A stretch of 64,000 bases of DNA from positions 248,001-312,000 of IMG/VR virus record IMGVR_UViG_3300022868_000009, one strand, 5' to 3'. The position numbers and the translations under genes are program-made. Positions 61,668 to 64,000 of this stretch are shown one piece after another (the stretch's first letter is position 1; each line of letters opens with the position of its first letter). The notes under the pieces are model-generated. The model searched no databases. It was not told the origin of the DNA and was given only the letters and a program-made list of their open reading frames with translations.

Positions 61668-61694
61668 AAGCCACCTGGAGAGGTGGCTTTTTTT
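61668..61694 (+). terminator. Intrinsic terminator after HU
   Basis: aagccacct-ggag-aggtggctt plus T-tract. Confidence 0.85.
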
Positions 61695-61721
61695 ATTTGA
61701 AAAAATTCCTTATATTTGTAT

Positions 61722-62042
61722 ATGAATAACGAAAAATATATAAGGTTTAAGGTAAAAACTCTATCAGATAGTAAGAGTATTCAAGAATTTTTATTTTCTT
61801 TAGGATATATGTGGTGTTCAGAAAATAGGAAAGAATATTATTATATGAATTTTGAAACGTCTGATATTTTATTATGTCTTGAGAGTGACTTTAATCCTAA
61901 TATAGATCATATTTTTCATGGTGATGTAGAGATATTAAATTATGATAAAAGATGGATGGATAAGATAATAAAATCTTATGATATGAGTAATTATAAAGAT
62001 TTTATTCAATATAAAAATGCAAAACAACTGGGATTAATTTAA
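61722..62042 (+). CDS. Small tag protein (...NAKQLGLI)
   Basis: FKV...SK.IQEFLFSLGY.W core; TATATTTG just upstream. Confidence 0.75.
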   Translation: MNNEKYIRFKVKTLSDSKSIQEFLFSLGYMWCSENRKEYYYMNFETSDILLCLESDFNPNIDHIFHGDVEILNYDKRWMDKIIKSYDMSNYKDFIQYKNAKQLGLI

Positions 62043-62072
62043 TATTAAGAACAAACTCCGTATCTTTACACT

Positions 62073-62378
62073 ATGAAAAAACATGAAAAATTTATATTAT
62101 TTAAGGTTGATACTTCAAGGGAAAGTAAGGAAATTCAAGAATTTTTGTTTTCTTTAGGTTATTCTTGGCGTGGAGATAATAATATGGAATATTTCTCTGT
62201 TGAAATTGGGGCTTATATTTTATTATGTGTTGATAGTAATAATATTAAGAGCAAAAATTGTATTTTTTATGGAAATGATAAAATGCAATATGATCAAGAA
62301 CTTATAAAATCTTATAACATGAATAATTATAAAGATTCTTTATGTTTTATAGAATCATTTAAATTGGGATTATTTTAA
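62073..62378 (+). CDS. Small tag protein (...ESFKLGLF); paralogue of 61722
   Basis: Shared core. Confidence 0.75.
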   Translation: MKKHEKFILFKVDTSRESKEIQEFLFSLGYSWRGDNNMEYFSVEIGAYILLCVDSNNIKSKNCIFYGNDKMQYDQELIKSYNMNNYKDSLCFIESFKLGLF

Positions 62379-62517
62379 AATTGAGAACAAACTCCGTATC
62401 TTTACATAGTTAAAGGGCGGAGAATTTTTATAGGTTCTGGGAGAGTAGACTCCAACTTGCGATATATTTTTTTTAACACAATTTTTATTTCTTAGAAGTA
62501 ATCCGTATCTTTGTTAT

Positions 62518-62949
62518 ATGAAAATGAAAGTATTATATATTAAAGCTGAAAACATGAAAGATGGTGATTTTGACATTATGTTAAAATTTGTTAATAATAA
62601 TAAAAATTTAGATTATTATTTAACAGGTATAAATATGGGGGGTATTATGAGAACATTTATATGTATAGCCGTAAATGATGATAATTATAATGAGGTTAAA
62701 GAAAAATTATTCTCTAAATATAATACACCATCACATATTACTGATTTTCAAAATTATGAAGATTATAAATATCCCTATTTATCAATTGAAATATCAATGG
62801 AAAATGAACATGCAGATCATTTAACTATTCATCCTTTGAATGATGATGATGTAGATGTTAAAAATTTTGAAATAATTTATAGTAATATTGATGACATATT
62901 TGATGATATTGATATGCATATAACTACAAAAAAACTTGGTTTATCTTAA
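62518..62949 (+). CDS. Small tag protein (...TTKKLGLS)
   Basis: Tag variant; TATCTTTG just upstream. Confidence 0.7.
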   Translation: MKMKVLYIKAENMKDGDFDIMLKFVNNNKNLDYYLTGINMGGIMRTFICIAVNDDNYNEVKEKLFSKYNTPSHITDFQNYEDYKYPYLSIEISMENEHADHLTIHPLNDDDVDVKNFEIIYSNIDDIFDDIDMHITTKKLGLS

Positions 62950-62964
62950 CTAAAAAAAATAATT

Positions 62965-63285
62965 ATGAGAAAATTTAATTGTATTAAAATAGAAAATGAA
63001 GAACATTTAAATGAATGTTATAAAAAGATAATTGATCTTAAAACACATTATCCATATAACACTTTTGTTGATAGATTTATTATGATAAAGGGTTATTGTA
63101 TTGGTTTTGAAATAGAAGAAATAGAAGAAGGAAGATTAATTTTAACATTTTTAACTGATAATGATCTTCAACGATTTGATGAATCAAATGAATTAGCTTT
63201 TAATTGTAATTATTTTAATGATATTGATTCTTTTGTTGAATATCATAAGATTTATTTTGATTGTAGATCATTAGGGGTTTTATAA
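62965..63285 (+). CDS. Small tag protein (...DCRSLGVL)
   Basis: Tag variant. Confidence 0.65.
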   Translation: MRKFNCIKIENEEHLNECYKKIIDLKTHYPYNTFVDRFIMIKGYCIGFEIEEIEEGRLILTFLTDNDLQRFDESNELAFNCNYFNDIDSFVEYHKIYFDCRSLGVL

Positions 63286-63286
63286 G

Positions 63287-63317
63287 AAAGTTTAGAAGGT
63301 ATTCCGTATCTTTGTAT
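63287..63317 (+). promoter_or_regulatory. Repeated early promoter copy
   Basis: aaagtttagaaggtattccgtatctttgtat. Confidence 0.75.
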
Positions 63318-63338
63318 AAATATTAAAATAATATAATT

Positions 63339-63800
63339 ATGGAATTAGATAAAGCAAGAATAAAAATGAGAGAATTGTTATCAAAACATGGTCTTGATAA
63401 TTGGAGTTTTGATTTTGATAGAGCAGTTAGACGTTTAGGTCAATGTGTTTGGAAAAAGAATAGTATCATGACTCGAAAAATTACTATGTCTAGAATTATG
63501 ACTGAAAGTAGAACTGATAAAGAAGTTATTAATACAATGTTACATGAAATAGCACACGCAATAGATTTTGAAACAAGGGGTAGAAGTGCTCATGATGATG
63601 TTTGGAGATCAATTGCATTGAGTATTGGTTGTGATGGTAATAGATCTAGTAATGTTGATGTTGAGGTTTCAGAAAAGAATTATAAGTGGTTGGCTATATG
63701 TCCAGAGCATGGTGTTTTGGGTGGATGGCAAAGAAAACCAAAAGATAATAAAATGTGTAAAAAATGTAAAAGTAAAATCATAATAAAGGAAAATAAATAA
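63339..63800 (+). CDS. SprT-like zinc metalloprotease
   Basis: RRLGQC, TMLHEIAHA, H..VW, C-terminal CPEH...CKKC. Confidence 0.88.
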   Translation: MELDKARIKMRELLSKHGLDNWSFDFDRAVRRLGQCVWKKNSIMTRKITMSRIMTESRTDKEVINTMLHEIAHAIDFETRGRSAHDDVWRSIALSIGCDGNRSSNVDVEVSEKNYKWLAICPEHGVLGGWQRKPKDNKMCKKCKSKIIIKENK

Positions 63801-63801
63801 C

Positions 63802-64000
63802 ATGAAAATAAAAGAAATAATAAGAAAAATATATGATAAAACCGGACATGGATATACTGCTACGGCTATTAGTGTTTTAAAAAAATCTGGTTTGATGGGT
63901 GATAAAACACATCAAAAGATTAAGAACATTGTTGAGAATGAAATTCAAAGATATGAAAAAGAATATTTTGAAAAATATAAGTCTTATATTAGTGAGTATA
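63802..64000 (+). CDS. Partial hypothetical protein (runs off the window)
   Basis: MKIKEIIRKIYDKTGHGY..., open to the end. Confidence 0.5.
   Translation, partial: MKIKEIIRKIYDKTGHGYTATAISVLKKSGLMGDKTHQKIKNIVENEIQRYEKEYFEKYKSYISEY

Noticed and set aside
62405-62470. tRNA gene
   Set aside because: No cloverleaf, TTC loop or acceptor stem could be formed.
51879-63285. KMGLL motif as merely a Shine-Dalgarno/translational-coupling DNA signal (atgggattattATGA)
   Set aside because: The motif persists where no gene follows closely, varies synonymously, and includes conserved K and E/N positions; coupling may be a secondary use only.
55806-63317. CRISPR array
   Set aside because: The repeats are separated by whole genes (hundreds to thousands of bp), contain promoter motifs, and no cas genes are present.
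1-64000. Stop-codon reassignment as in Lak or crAss-like phages
   Set aside because: Core genes (topo II, thyA, UvsW, 1825-aa protein) are full length in code 11 and coding density is high.

Overview
A very AT-rich, densely coding segment of a large T4-like (myovirus/jumbo) bacteriophage genome in the standard genetic code. The host is very probably Bacteroidota, based on TAnnTTTG promoters and a Flavobacterium-type bS21. From 1 to ~43 kb, virion genes (baseplate gp6-like, neck gp14-like, fibre-like and very large S/T/G-rich proteins) are interleaved with replication and repair genes (UvsW, UvsY, DinG-like helicase, single-chain topoisomerase II, NADAR, dNMP kinase) and an M23 peptidase. From ~43 to 52 kb lie a HAD phosphatase, RNase H, two glycosyltransferases flanking thyA, bS21 and an amidoligase. 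A non-coding stretch at ~54.4-54.9 kb is where strand composition flips (candidate origin). From ~52 to 64 kb is an array of small, fast-evolving ORFs plus HU and SprT. The main discovery candidate is a two-tag system on otherwise unrelated proteins. (i) About 24 small proteins end in a conserved C-terminal (E/N)-x-x-K-(L/M)-G-(L/I/V)-(L/I/F)-stop motif, most of them behind repeated host-type early promoters. (ii) About 16 proteins begin with an MK(Y/H)(L/I)KT(Y/F)xE-type leader that resembles the T4 capsid-targeting sequence, mostly behind an AATATATA late-type promoter. The genes at 51.9-54.4 kb carry both tags. All calls are by motif recognition only; no database searches were run.
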